DNA from: an uncultured Spirochaetota bacterium
GTDB taxonomy: Bacteria > Spirochaetota > UBA4802 > UBA5550
Assembly: GCA_963827275.1 (NCBI GenBank)
Contig: CAWHAA010000007.1
Location: 1 to 64,000, forward strand
Reading direction: 5' to 3'
Length of the DNA stretch: 64,000 nt
Within the stretch, counting starts at the first letter, position 1. The number at the start of each line of letters is the position of its first letter. A model generated the notes under the pieces. That model was not told the DNA's origin, made no database searches, and saw only the letters and a list, made by a program, of their open reading frames with translations. The translations under genes and the position numbers were made by a program. Shown here piece by piece: positions 9,898 to 19,529 of the stretch.

Positions 9898-10890
9898 CTA
9901 TTTTTTGCCGATGTTCACCGTGTCGAGGACGCTGTAGGGCTGCTTGTCCTGCGATTCGTGGTAGATGCGGATGAGGATCTCCGCCAGGATCCCGATCTGG
10001 ATGAAGAGCACGCTCAGTATGATGAGGAGCACCGTGAGGATCAGGAGCGGGTTCCGGGACATCGACTGGTAGAGGAATATCTTCATGAGGACCGTCACGG
10101 CGAAGCTCGCGAAGGCGAGGAGCAGCATGATGAAGCCGGTGCCGCCGAACACGTAGATCGGCTTGGTCGAGTACTTGCCGAGGAAGGTGACCGTGATCAG
10201 GTCGAGGAGCACCTTGAAGGTGCGGATGATGCCGTATTTCGACGTGCCGAACCGGCGCGGATGGTGCATCACCGGCACCTCGGTTATTTTCGCCCCGAGC
10301 CAGGACGCATGCACCGGTATGAAGCGGTGCATCTCGCCGTACAGGTTCACCTGCCTCAATAAATCTCCGCGGTAGGCCTTGAGCGAGCAGCCCAGGTCGT
10401 GGAGCTGCACGCCGGTGACCCTGGCGATGAGCGAGTTCGCGATCCGTGACGGGAGCTTTCGCGAAAGGAACTTGTCCTGCCTCTTGACCCGCCAGCCGCT
10501 CACCACGTCGTAGCCTTCCTCTATTTTTTTAAACAGGGTGCCGATGTCGCGGGGATCGTTCTGGAGGTCGGAGTCCATGAACACGATGATCTCGCCCGCG
10601 GCGAAATCGATGCCGGCCGACATCGCGGCGGTCTGGCCGAAATTCCGCCGGAACACGACGACCTTGATGGTGCGGTCGGCCCTGGCGATCTCCCTGAGTA
10701 TCTCCGCGGACCTGTCGATGCTGCCGTCGTCGATGAAGACGACCTCATAGGTGACGTTGAGCGGCTTGACGGCGCTGATGATCTGCTCGTACTGCATCCG
10801 TATGTTCTCTTCCTCGTTATAAACAGGCAGCACTACCGAAAGGTAGGGCCGGCGCGGGTTTTTCTTTCTGTGTGATGTGGCCGTCGGCAT
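9898..10890 (-). CDS. GT2 glycosyltransferase (polyprenol-phosphate type)
   Basis: Motifs SVVLPVYNEE, IDDGS, RNFGQTAA and MDSDLQNDP, plus two C-terminal TM helices. Confidence 0.92.
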   Translation of the reverse strand: MPTATSHRKKNPRRPYLSVVLPVYNEEENIRMQYEQIISAVKPLNVTYEVVFIDDGSIDRSAEILREIARADRTIKVVVFRRNFGQTAAMSAGIDFAAGEIIVFMDSDLQNDPRDIGTLFKKIEEGYDVVSGWRVKRQDKFLSRKLPSRIANSLIARVTGVQLHDLGCSLKAYRGDLLRQVNLYGEMHRFIPVHASWLGAKITEVPVMHHPRRFGTSKYGIIRTFKVLLDLITVTFLGKYSTKPIYVFGGTGFIMLLLAFASFAVTVLMKIFLYQSMSRNPLLILTVLLIILSVLFIQIGILAEILIRIYHESQDKQPYSVLDTVNIGKK

Positions 10891-10984
10891 GTCGTTTCTC
10901 CGGGTCGTTCGCTCGATTTTATTATTGCAAAAAACAAGGATAATGAGATATCTGCTTTATTACAAACATTTTTTTAAAAATTAT

Positions 10985-12035
10985 ATGAAAGAGCCGTTAC
11001 TTTCCCATCTGGTTGATCCCCTGCGCGAGATGGTCTGCCAGTTCAGCATGATCATCGCCGGGTTCCGCGAGCGGAGCGGCGCGCGCGTGGCCGGGACCGT
11101 GTGCGACATCCTGCCGGCCGAGATCCCCGCGTCCCTGGGCCTCGTGCCCGTCAGGGTGCCTCTGGCGGGCGGCTGCTGCGCGGCCGCGGGCCTTCCGGGG
11201 ATCGGCGACATCGGGAGCATATATGACTGCATCGTCGTCCCGCGCGGGTGCGCCGGCAGGGACGGGCTCGGCCGCCCCTGCGTCCCCCTGTTCGAGTTCA
11301 CGTCGCCTCCCGGGTGGGGCGAAGCGGCCGCCCGCGCGATGGCGTCCTCCCTGGATGAGCTCCTTGCCGCGACCGGCTGCGGCGGGATAGCGTCCCTGGA
11401 CGCGGCGCGGCTCAGGACGGTCACCGCGGAGTATAACGCGCTCCGCCGGCTGGTGCGCGGGGATCGGATCGCTCCGGAACGGGCGGCCGGGCCTCCTCTC
11501 GTGTGCGGACCTTGCCGCGGTGCACGAAGCGGCGGCGGTCTTCCCGCCCGCGGCGGTCGCCGAACAGCTCGCCTCCCTGCTGGAGGCCATGAACGCGGCC
11601 GGGGGCCCTGTCCCGCCGCCGCCCCTTCCGGTGCTCGTGTACGCCGGCTTCGCCGCGGGCGCGCCCGTGCTTGACGAGCTCGAGGAAGCGGGGTGCCGCA
11701 TCGTCGAGGACGACGCCTGCGGCGGGCGGCGGCAGTTCGACATGTCGTACAACCACGAATCGCCGGACCTTCTCGGCGAGATCCTTGACGCCTTCTCCTA
11801 CCGGCCGCGGTGTCCGTCGCTCCGGACCGTCGGGGAGCGGGTCGAGCTCTTCTATTCCATGATGAAGGGGCAGGGGATCGAGCTGGTGGTGTTCATCGAG
11901 GACCTCTGCTGTCCGTCGCGGCTGCGCGACATCGAGGCGCTGCGGGTGCGGCTCATGCGCGCCGGGGTTGATCCGCTCGTGGTGAACACCGGGAACGCGG
12001 TGGAAAAGATAAAAGAGTATATTGCGAAGATGTGA
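10985..12035 (+). CDS. 2-hydroxyacyl-CoA dehydratase subunit (HGD-D)-like protein, frameshifted at GGGG 11459-11462
   Basis: Motifs PAEIPASLGLVPVR, ELEEAGCRIVEDDAC, RPRCP and VVFIEDLCCP. ORFs 10877..11674 and 11520..12035 join if one G is removed. Confidence 0.65.
11970..12035 (+). repeat. 66-bp gene 3' end, left copy of a diverged direct repeat
   Basis: Encodes DPLVVNTGNAVEKIKEYIAKM*; 51/66 nt identical to 19428-19493. Confidence 0.88.
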
Positions 12036-12104
12036 ACGGGCGTATGCCATTGTAAATATTCTCTCCCTCGATCACCGAGGCGGGCGTGATAAATAGTAAG
12101 CCCC

Positions 12105-12119
12105 TGATAATAATTATCA
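12105..12119. promoter_or_regulatory. Fur-type 7-1-7 box
   Basis: TGATAAT-A-ATTATCA is an exact match to the 7-1-7 Fur consensus. Confidence 0.45.
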
Positions 12120-12332
12120 TATAACCATACTCACGCGTAGCAGTTGGAATTGTACCTTATAATTCTTCTCGGGGATATAGGGTAATAAAATCCATAAGAC
12201 AAACAACTTGTTTGATTGGGGTGATATTTTGGGTAATAAAATCACCTTGACATTTTATTTTCTACATTTATATAAGACAGGTAGTAATACTACTAATTTA
12301 TATAATCAGATATTGAAATTCGGGGATACCCT

Positions 12333-14630
12333 ATGAACATATCCAATTACAGGGAAATAGCGGAATATCATTTAAAAATGATGCAGGAACGGGGCGGGCT
12401 TGACAGGGCCGTCTACATGGAAGAATACGCGAAGAAAAATGACCTTCACGAGGAAAATTATATTGATGGAAAGCCGCGGGGCATGGCGTGGCAGTATCTA
12501 TACACTTTTATGTTGTTCCTCTACCATGACAAGGGCGAGGCAACGTATAATGAAGTGGTTGCGAAAATAGGCTTCACCAAAAAACATCTCCGGGACATAA
12601 AAAAACACCCTATACCGAACAAGTCATCATGGAGGCTGTATCTGGCGGTTCAGTACCTCACCCTGTCATACTATGAAAACCTGGATTTCAGTCTCGTCCA
12701 GGGCGTGACCGACTCAATCGCGCTCAAGACTTCCTCGTTCGAACTCAATCTGGACCGTACCGGTTCCCTGTCCATTATCATAACACCGATGCACGTGATC
12801 GGAAAGATGGTAGGCCAATTTACCAAATACTACGCCAGCGTGATCGAGGGCCATTCAAAGACGAAAAAATTTTTCTGGGAGAAAGAGCAATGCCTCTGGG
12901 CCAAATATATCTATAAGTATATTCCCCACATGGACCACCCCGAATTAAACCGGCCGGAAAAACTCACGGTGCGGAGAGAAGGGAAAGAGGAGGTCTATTA
13001 TCCCGGCAGGGAATCCGTTTATCATACCGGTATAACCGATTACTTCTCAACCGTAGCGGCCTTACCCAACTCGATGGGGGTCGCGATGTTTAAGGGATAT
13101 TACGCAAAGCTCAGCGCGACCAGGAGTGAATTGCCGCTATTGCCCGACCAGTATCCGGTTTTCTATGACGGGAAGAGCTACCGGATGAACGAAGAGGGAT
13201 ATCTATATGATATAGAGTCATTGGAACTGCTGTACGACTCCTTCGGCAAGAAGGTTCACTACGCGGAAGAATGCAGGTTCGCCTTTGACGCGGACAATAA
13301 GCTCGTAAAGGCCGCCGGGGACAAGCCCGGCCCCGGGGTGCGGGAAATCCTGACGTTAAACACCCTGAATCACATTTTCAATATCAATTATGAAAGGATT
13401 TTTCTCTGGCAGAAACTGAGGGTATCCATTGCGAAACGCAATGAGAAAAAGATAATTGAAATCACCGGTAAGGGACTCGGGGATCTTGGCTACAGAGAAG
13501 TCAAAAAACTGATCTCCGCGCATTTCCAGGATCTTTACCGCATGGAATGGCGTTTGGTAAAATCGGGAAAATATAAGTTTTCCCTGCCGGGTGCCCTGCT
13601 GATCGGAGGGTCATATTCCTTTTTTCCGCCCATCGTCAGAGAAGCTTCATTGGCGATGGGCGTTGCGCTGTTTGTAATCGGATTCGCACGCGATGCGTAC
13701 AATACGCTCACGGTAAGGGCCGAAAAGATAGCGATGGATAACGCAGTCGACACCCGCAGGAGGGAGCAATTCATCAATGAAATGCTCAGGGACCAGCGCG
13801 AGGAAGCGCTTGACCTCTCCCGGCGGACCGGGGAGACGTATCTGAAGCTGGTCGGCCAGATGAAGTATTTTTCCAACTCGTCGGAGGAAATTGTTCTCAG
13901 TCTTAATGAATTCACGAAAGCCAACGAGGCCGACCTGGCGATGCAGGCGAAGCTCGACGAGATCATGAATGACTGGCTCGCGCTTGTGGCCACCATGCGC
14001 GACAAGACCGACCTTCTGCTGAAAAACCTGGGCGTCGAATTCGCCGATCTTTCCGGCAAGATGACCAATGCTCTTGAAAAAAGCAGCAACAAGACGAACC
14101 AGCTCCTCGAACTAACGAATAGCATTATAAACGCCCAGGAGATCATCGATGACATTACTGACAAGATAAACCTGCTTTCGCTCAACGCGGCAATCGAGGC
14201 AGCACGCGCAGGTGAGGCCGGCAGGGGGTTCGCGGTCGTCGCCGAGGAGATAGGAAAGCTCGCCGACAGGGCCCAGTCGAGCGTCAACGAGATACAGAAG
14301 GTCAATTCCCTTATACAGAGCGAAATCCGCACGGTTTACGAGCAGAACCTTGAAACGAACAGCATCATTGATGGCACCAACCAGTCAATAAAGAAAGAAA
14401 TCACCACCCTGCAGTCCGAACTCGCGATGATTCCCGAGCAGCTTATCAAATCAACAGATCAGATGTCCGAATTCATACAGGATATAGCGGCTCGCTCAGA
14501 GGAGCGGTCTGCAACGATCGAGGAGATATCATCATCATCCCAATCCATAAGCACTAGTAGCAAGGAAGTTGTCAGGGAAATCGAGGACCAGAAATTAATG
14601 AATCTGCGTTCCGTGCTTCAGAAGTCTTAA
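12333..14630 (+). CDS. Methyl-accepting chemotaxis-like protein with a large unknown N-terminal domain
   Basis: Signalling hairpin [33 protein letters not shown]; one or two hydrophobic helices near aa 415-452; about 410-aa N-terminus with no signal peptide. Confidence 0.85.
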   Translation: MNISNYREIAEYHLKMMQERGGLDRAVYMEEYAKKNDLHEENYIDGKPRGMAWQYLYTFMLFLYHDKGEATYNEVVAKIGFTKKHLRDIKKHPIPNKSSWRLYLAVQYLTLSYYENLDFSLVQGVTDSIALKTSSFELNLDRTGSLSIIITPMHVIGKMVGQFTKYYASVIEGHSKTKKFFWEKEQCLWAKYIYKYIPHMDHPELNRPEKLTVRREGKEEVYYPGRESVYHTGITDYFSTVAALPNSMGVAMFKGYYAKLSATRSELPLLPDQYPVFYDGKSYRMNEEGYLYDIESLELLYDSFGKKVHYAEECRFAFDADNKLVKAAGDKPGPGVREILTLNTLNHIFNINYERIFLWQKLRVSIAKRNEKKIIEITGKGLGDLGYREVKKLISAHFQDLYRMEWRLVKSGKYKFSLPGALLIGGSYSFFPPIVREASLAMGVALFVIGFARDAYNTLTVRAEKIAMDNAVDTRRREQFINEMLRDQREEALDLSRRTGETYLKLVGQMKYFSNSSEEIVLSLNEFTKANEADLAMQAKLDEIMNDWLALVATMRDKTDLLLKNLGVEFADLSGKMTNALEKSSNKTNQLLELTNSIINAQEIIDDITDKINLLSLNAAIEAARAGEAGRGFAVVAEEIGKLADRAQSSVNEIQKVNSLIQSEIRTVYEQNLETNSIIDGTNQSIKKEITTLQSELAMIPEQLIKSTDQMSEFIQDIAARSEERSATIEEISSSSQSISTSSKEVVREIEDQKLMNLRSVLQKS

Positions 14631-15544
14631 CCCGCATCAATCCCGTGTTCGGCGAAGATGGCCCTGCAGCGATCGATCCTCTCCCGGTCCATCCATTTCG
14701 CGGTCTCTGCCCTATCGGCGAGGAGATTGCGGGCCCCGATCTTTCCGCTTTTCTCATACCAGAGGGGATTGTACGAAAGCAAGGCCGCCTTTTTTATCCC
14801 GTGTTTTTCCAGGTAGCGGGCTATGCCTGCGATGTTTTCGTCGGTATCGGTGATCCCCGGCACCAGGGGGGTGCGGGGAAGCACCGTCACCTTTCCGGCG
14901 GCCGGGAGCGAGGACAGCTTTTCAAAATTGGCAAGGATCCCTGCGTTGGACACGCCGCAGTACCGTCTGTGGTCGGCGTCATCAATGAGCTTAAGGTCAA
15001 AATACACCGCGTCAAGGTGCGGCAGAAGCATCCTCTTGAATTCCTCCCACTGGAAGAATCCGCAGGTTTCGATCAGGGTATGTATTTTCTTTTTTTTCAG
15101 GTCCGCGAGAAGACGCGATGAGAAGTCCATGAAAAACGAAGGCTCGCCGCCTGAAAGGGTCACTCCCCCGCCGGAGTTTTTGAAGAAGGGAAGGTCCTTC
15201 GCCACGGAATTGACGACCTCGGCAACGGACATGCGCCGCCCTACTCGCGCCAGGGCCCCTGACGGGCAGACCTCGACGCATTTGAAACAGAGGGTGCATT
15301 TTTTTCGATCGACGAACCCGTCGTTCTTTCGCGAAAGCGCCTTCTCGGGACACGTCCGGATGCAGGTGTCGCATCCGACGCATTCCCCGGCATCGAACGA
15401 AATTTCCTCCTGAACGCGTTTGCTCTCCGGGTTATGGCACCAGGCGCATGACAGGGGGCATCCCTTGAAGAACACCACGGTGCGAATGCCGGGTCCGTCG
15501 TCCAGGGAATTGCCACGTATTTCAAGGATTAGCGGGTCTTTCAT
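14627..15544 (-). CDS. Glycyl-radical enzyme activating protein (radical SAM with ferredoxin insert)
   Basis: [26 protein letters not shown], two CxxCxxCxxxCP motifs, [10 protein letters not shown]. Overlaps the GRE stop codon by 4 nt. Confidence 0.95.
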   Translation of the reverse strand: MKDPLILEIRGNSLDDGPGIRTVVFFKGCPLSCAWCHNPESKRVQEEISFDAGECVGCDTCIRTCPEKALSRKNDGFVDRKKCTLCFKCVEVCPSGALARVGRRMSVAEVVNSVAKDLPFFKNSGGGVTLSGGEPSFFMDFSSRLLADLKKKKIHTLIETCGFFQWEEFKRMLLPHLDAVYFDLKLIDDADHRRYCGVSNAGILANFEKLSSLPAAGKVTVLPRTPLVPGITDTDENIAGIARYLEKHGIKKAALLSYNPLWYEKSGKIGARNLLADRAETAKWMDRERIDRCRAIFAEHGIDAG

Positions 15545-18534
15545 ATCCCGTATTCCGCCCTCTCGATGAGCTCTATCTGCATGTCCCTGTTCAGCGTCAC
15601 AAAATATGCGTTGTAGCCCGATATTCGAACGATGAGATTCCGGTAGTTCTCCGGGTGCGCCATCGCGTCGCGCAGCATCTCGGTGGTAACCACGTTCATC
15701 TGCATCTGCATTCCGCCGAGGTCGAAAAAGGTCTTCACGTAGGAGAACATGTCGCCAACGGTCTTCTCCCGGGGATCCGATGCTGACGGCACGACCTTGA
15801 CGTTGAAGGCGATATTATTGTTCATGTTCACCGGGTCGAGCTTCGCGACATCGCGCACGTTGTCGAGGAGGCTCTTTGACGCGAACGGCTGCGGCGTGAG
15901 TCCCGGCGTGAACGCCTTGCCCGCCTGCCTGCCTGACGGCAGCGCCCCGGTGAGCGTGCCGAAGGCGACATGGTTTGACATCGACCAGAAACCGGTGGTG
16001 TACTTCCCGCCGCGGTAGTGCGGCAGGCTCCCATAGTAATCGTGCGCCCATTTCGCTATTCGGTTTGCCATGGCGACCGCTTCCTCGCTGCCCGATCCGA
16101 AGAGCGGGACCTTTTTGCGCACCATTGACATGAGGTCTGGTCTGCGCGCGAAGTTATCGTTCACCGCTTCCTTCAGCTCCGGGAAGGAGATTTTCTTTTC
16201 GTCGAATACAAGCTTCTTGATGGCCATAAGCGAATCGGTCACATCGGCAAGGCCGATTATCGCCGTCCCGGAGCTGTTGTACGTCGCCCCGCCTCTGGTC
16301 GCGTCCTTTCCCTTCCGTATGCACCCGCCGATGAGGGCCGAGAGAAGCGGGGTGGGACGGAGCTCCTGGTGCGCCTCGCCCAGCATGTGGTTGTACTCGA
16401 TGGACCGATCGATGAGAAACCGGAACTGCTTCGTGAAGGCCTCGAAGAACTCGTCAAATGTCTTGAAATCGCCCGCGGCCGGGTCTCCCGTTTCCGGCCC
16501 CAGGTTCCAGGCGGTGAGTGGATGGCGGCCGTTGTTCATGGCCATCTCCAGGGCCGCGACCATGTTCATCATCTGCATGTTGGTATGGCCTATATGCTTG
16601 CCCGAGAGCGTCGGCTCCACGCATCCCGTGGCTGACCAGTTGCGAATATCCTTAATGTCATATTTCATCTTTGAGAGCGACTTCACCATGGCGGCATCAT
16701 TGTGCATGGAGGGGGTTGCAGCGGTGACCAGATTCACCTCGCAGAGCCGTTTCAGGTAAGTGTCGCTGTTCACGCCAGGCATGAAGCGAGCGTTTACGTT
16801 CGGGTCCCGGATGGAAAGCATCTCCGTGACCTTGAGAAAAATGTAGGTCATGTCGCACACAGCGTCCCTGCCGTCCGGGGTCACGCCGCCCAGGGTGATG
16901 GCCTGATCGGATGAGCTCCCTCCGAAATACCAGTTGGCAAGGTCGGGGGTAAGCGGAAAGTGGTCCGTGCAGCGCATATAGAAATGGCCTATCAGCTCGA
17001 TCGCGTGCTTCGTGTACTCCTCCCGCGCCGGCTTCGTCTTGAGCTTTTTCATGTCGGCCTCGAAATACGGCTGGAGCCACTGGTCGAGCCTCCCGAGCGA
17101 CAGGCCGGCGTTCATGCTCTCCATGTGGCATCCCACCCAGGTGATCCAGATCGAGTTCACCGCCTCGTCAAGGGTGCGCGCCGGCCTGCTCGGCACGCGC
17201 GCGCAGATGTTCGCCAGGTTCAGGAGTTCCTTTCTGCGAGCGGGATCGCGCTCGACCTCGGCATCGCGCCCGGCCTGCGCAGAAAGGTTCCGGCCGTATG
17301 CCGCCAGGCCTTCAAGGCAGTGCACCATCGCCCGGAGCGTATCCTTCTTTTCAGCATCGCACCTCCCCGCCAATTCCTTCTTAATTTCACGGATGATGCC
17401 CGTGGTGCCGAGTCTCAGCATTTTCGGAAAGTCGGGAATGGTGTGGGATATGGTCGCCTGTTTCCAGTTGAAATAAAGCGCATAACGCTCATCAATCTGC
17501 TGGCAGAGCGGATTGTGGTACTTCGTCCTGACCCACTCCCTGAAGTTGCGCTTCATCCAGTAGGGATAGATATCATTATGCAGAATCTCCCTGGTCTCTT
17601 CGGTGATATCGAACGGATTGTGCGTCCGGTGCGGGATGGTTATGAGCTCGTTCCATATGAGCGTACCGCTCCCCTCGGGATACACCGGGCAGCCGATCCG
17701 CTTGCTCGTCGTGGTGCCGGCAATGAGCGACTGCTCTCCTATTATCGGCGTGCGGTTCTCCATGAGGTACCGGTATGAGTGAGCCTTGCGGAGCACGGGA
17801 ACCCAGGGCCGGCCCTTCTCGTCAGTTTCATACCCGTGCTTCCGGTACCACTCCGTGACGAGACGCGCCATCTCCGGACAGATCTCGGGCTTGGCCGAGA
17901 GGTGATAATCGAGAAAGCCCTCCAGGCGCGGGAAGTCATCGAGGGAATAGTTCGGGAGATACGGGTCCTCCAGGTACCTGACGCCCCGCTGCCTGTCGGG
18001 GCATTTCAGCCTGGTGGCCCTGCGCACCGCGAGGCCATCGCTCAATTCCCTCTTCGGGACGGGTGATGCCGCGAGGAGCTTTTTCCTGTCTTTTTTCCGT
18101 TCGCCCGCCATCGCGTTTATCTGGACCCTGCCGAACATGAGCGATAGATAAAACGACAGAAGGTTCAGGTAGATGACGCTGCCCTCAATGCGCATGTCGC
18201 TCTCCAGCAGCATGTGGATAATGTCAGTGGGGGTCCCGGTGAGGAGCTTTCTCGCGGCGGCGTCGCCCCTGAATACCACGGTCGCTCCGGCATCGGCCGG
18301 GATGGTCCCTGACACGGTCACGGCCCCGTCGCGGAATGCGATGCCGCATTCCACGGACCTGTTCTCGGTACGCATGCCCACGGAGAAGTTCAGCCAGCCA
18401 TCCGAGGACTTCAGGTATTGCTTGAGCGACCTCCGGTGGTTGAAGTTCCCCGCGACAAAGCGGAGAAACGCGTGGATCATCAGATTCGTGGGTGATTTGC
18501 GGTTACTGTCGGAAATCTTCGTATAAAGCAGCAT
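15541..18534 (-). CDS. Glycyl radical enzyme (PFL-like superfamily, uncharacterised) with N-terminal SCP2-like extension
   Basis: Gly loop LIVRISGYNAYF, Cys loop WSATGCVEP, SLGRLDQ; 997 aa including a roughly 200-aa N-terminal extension; AGGAGG RBS. Confidence 0.92.
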   Translation of the reverse strand: MLLYTKISDSNRKSPTNLMIHAFLRFVAGNFNHRRSLKQYLKSSDGWLNFSVGMRTENRSVECGIAFRDGAVTVSGTIPADAGATVVFRGDAAARKLLTGTPTDIIHMLLESDMRIEGSVIYLNLLSFYLSLMFGRVQINAMAGERKKDRKKLLAASPVPKRELSDGLAVRRATRLKCPDRQRGVRYLEDPYLPNYSLDDFPRLEGFLDYHLSAKPEICPEMARLVTEWYRKHGYETDEKGRPWVPVLRKAHSYRYLMENRTPIIGEQSLIAGTTTSKRIGCPVYPEGSGTLIWNELITIPHRTHNPFDITEETREILHNDIYPYWMKRNFREWVRTKYHNPLCQQIDERYALYFNWKQATISHTIPDFPKMLRLGTTGIIREIKKELAGRCDAEKKDTLRAMVHCLEGLAAYGRNLSAQAGRDAEVERDPARRKELLNLANICARVPSRPARTLDEAVNSIWITWVGCHMESMNAGLSLGRLDQWLQPYFEADMKKLKTKPAREEYTKHAIELIGHFYMRCTDHFPLTPDLANWYFGGSSSDQAITLGGVTPDGRDAVCDMTYIFLKVTEMLSIRDPNVNARFMPGVNSDTYLKRLCEVNLVTAATPSMHNDAAMVKSLSKMKYDIKDIRNWSATGCVEPTLSGKHIGHTNMQMMNMVAALEMAMNNGRHPLTAWNLGPETGDPAAGDFKTFDEFFEAFTKQFRFLIDRSIEYNHMLGEAHQELRPTPLLSALIGGCIRKGKDATRGGATYNSSGTAIIGLADVTDSLMAIKKLVFDEKKISFPELKEAVNDNFARRPDLMSMVRKKVPLFGSGSEEAVAMANRIAKWAHDYYGSLPHYRGGKYTTGFWSMSNHVAFGTLTGALPSGRQAGKAFTPGLTPQPFASKSLLDNVRDVAKLDPVNMNNNIAFNVKVVPSASDPREKTVGDMFSYVKTFFDLGGMQMQMNVVTTEMLRDAMAHPENYRNLIVRISGYNAYFVTLNRDMQIELIERAEYGI

Positions 18535-18563
18535 TGAGCTACCTCCTCATTACTAAATAATAT

Positions 18564-19191
18564 TCACTCGCCGAACCTCTCGCATATGTCGGACGCCAGG
18601 CGTGATACCAGGCCGTCGACATCGTCCTCCACCTCGCGCAGGAGCCTGCTGTTATGCAGGCTCACAATACCATTCAGCTCAGTCCAGAGCCTGACAGCCT
18701 GGTAGCGGGGATCGGACCCGTATGAATCGGGTAGTTCGGCTAGTTTTTCTGCTACAAGAAAGAGGGGTTGGATCGAGATGTTCTTTTCGCGGCGTGCAAC
18801 CTCCTCGAGCGGGGTTCCAACGCAGTCAAGGAACTTGGGCACGCTTCTGCTCAGAAACATTACCTCGTAATAATCCATATTCTGGAACCCGAAACGGAGG
18901 TAAGCCTCCACCGCGGCCCTAATCCTATCAAGGGGTCTGTCATGCGACGCGCACGCCCGGTCAAGGCAATCATACAGGAGCTCGAATCCGTGCATGCGTA
19001 TATAAAAATAAAGGTCATCCTTGCTCATATAGTAGTTGTAGAGCGTGGTTGCTGTGATATCCAGCTTTGGCCGCAAGTTTTCGCATACTGAGGCTCTCGA
19101 AACCGCTTTCAACAATAATATTCAACGCGGCATCGAGAATATTCTGCCTGAATATATCTACTGTTTCAGGGGATCTGGGTGTTCGTGGCAT
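18564..19191 (-). CDS. TetR/AcrR-family regulator, frameshifted at 19066-19068
   Basis: ATG19191 gives MPRTPRSPETVDIFRQNILDAALNIIVESGFESLSMRKLAAK, which continues after one extra base as LDITATTLYNYYMSKDDL (TetR HTH). Confidence 0.88.
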
Positions 19192-19209
19192 TTGATAAAT
19201 TAGTGTCCT

Positions 19210-19255
19210 ATTATAATAACATTGTTAATATAACAGTGTTATTATAATTTGTCAA
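19210..19255 (-). promoter_or_regulatory. Sigma70 promoter overlapped by a 39-bp inverted repeat (candidate TetR operator)
   Basis: Minus-strand TTGACA(19255-19250)-17-TATATT(19232-19227). The repeat ATTATAATAACATTGTTA-ATA-TAACAGTGTTATTATAAT (19210-19248) has 17/18 matching arms. Confidence 0.75.
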
Positions 19256-19321
19256 ATTTTTCCGGTAAATTTGACGATATATTCATAAAAAAATTCAATA
19301 ACAAATATCTTTCATCGTTAA

Positions 19322-19423
19322 CCTCCCCCGCGAGCGGGGGGAGGCTCCCGACAGGATGTCGCAGTGCCGAGCGCAGACAGGAGGTCTGAATTGCGCTCGG
19401 CTTGCCGAAGGCCGGAGGGGGGT
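19322..19423. repeat. GC-rich multi-hairpin intergenic element with GGA loops
   Basis: CCTCCCCCGC/GCGGGGGGAGG hairpin; CGACA-GGA-TGTCG (19349-19361); CAGAC-AGGAG-GTCTG (19374-19388) overlapping a GCCGAGCGCA/TGCGCTCGGC stem. Confidence 0.55.
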
Positions 19424-19427
19424 GCGG

Positions 19428-19493
19428 GACCCGCTCGTGGAAACAACAAAGAATGCGGTGGAGAAGATACGGGAGTATGTTGCGAGGATGTGA
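19428..19493 (+). pseudogene. Orphan diverged copy of the last 22 codons of the 10985-12035 gene
   Basis: Encodes DPLVETTKNAVEKIREYVARM*, 15/21 aa identical to the left copy, with no upstream coding sequence. Confidence 0.85.
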
Positions 19494-19521
19494 GAAGGCG
19501 GGGTCACGTGACCCCGCCTTC
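19494..19521. repeat. Perfect 28-bp palindrome (REP-like)
   Basis: GAAGGCGGGGTCAC|GTGACCCCGCCTTC; shares the core GGTCACGTGACC with 51741-51762. Confidence 0.8.
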
Positions 19522-19529
19522 ATTAATGC

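Noticed and set aside
15541..18534. Annotation as pyruvate formate-lyase or benzyl/alkylsuccinate synthase
   Set aside because: The Cys loop is GCVEP rather than the PFL Cys-Cys, the activase has a ferredoxin insert unlike PflA, and there are no small-subunit genes.
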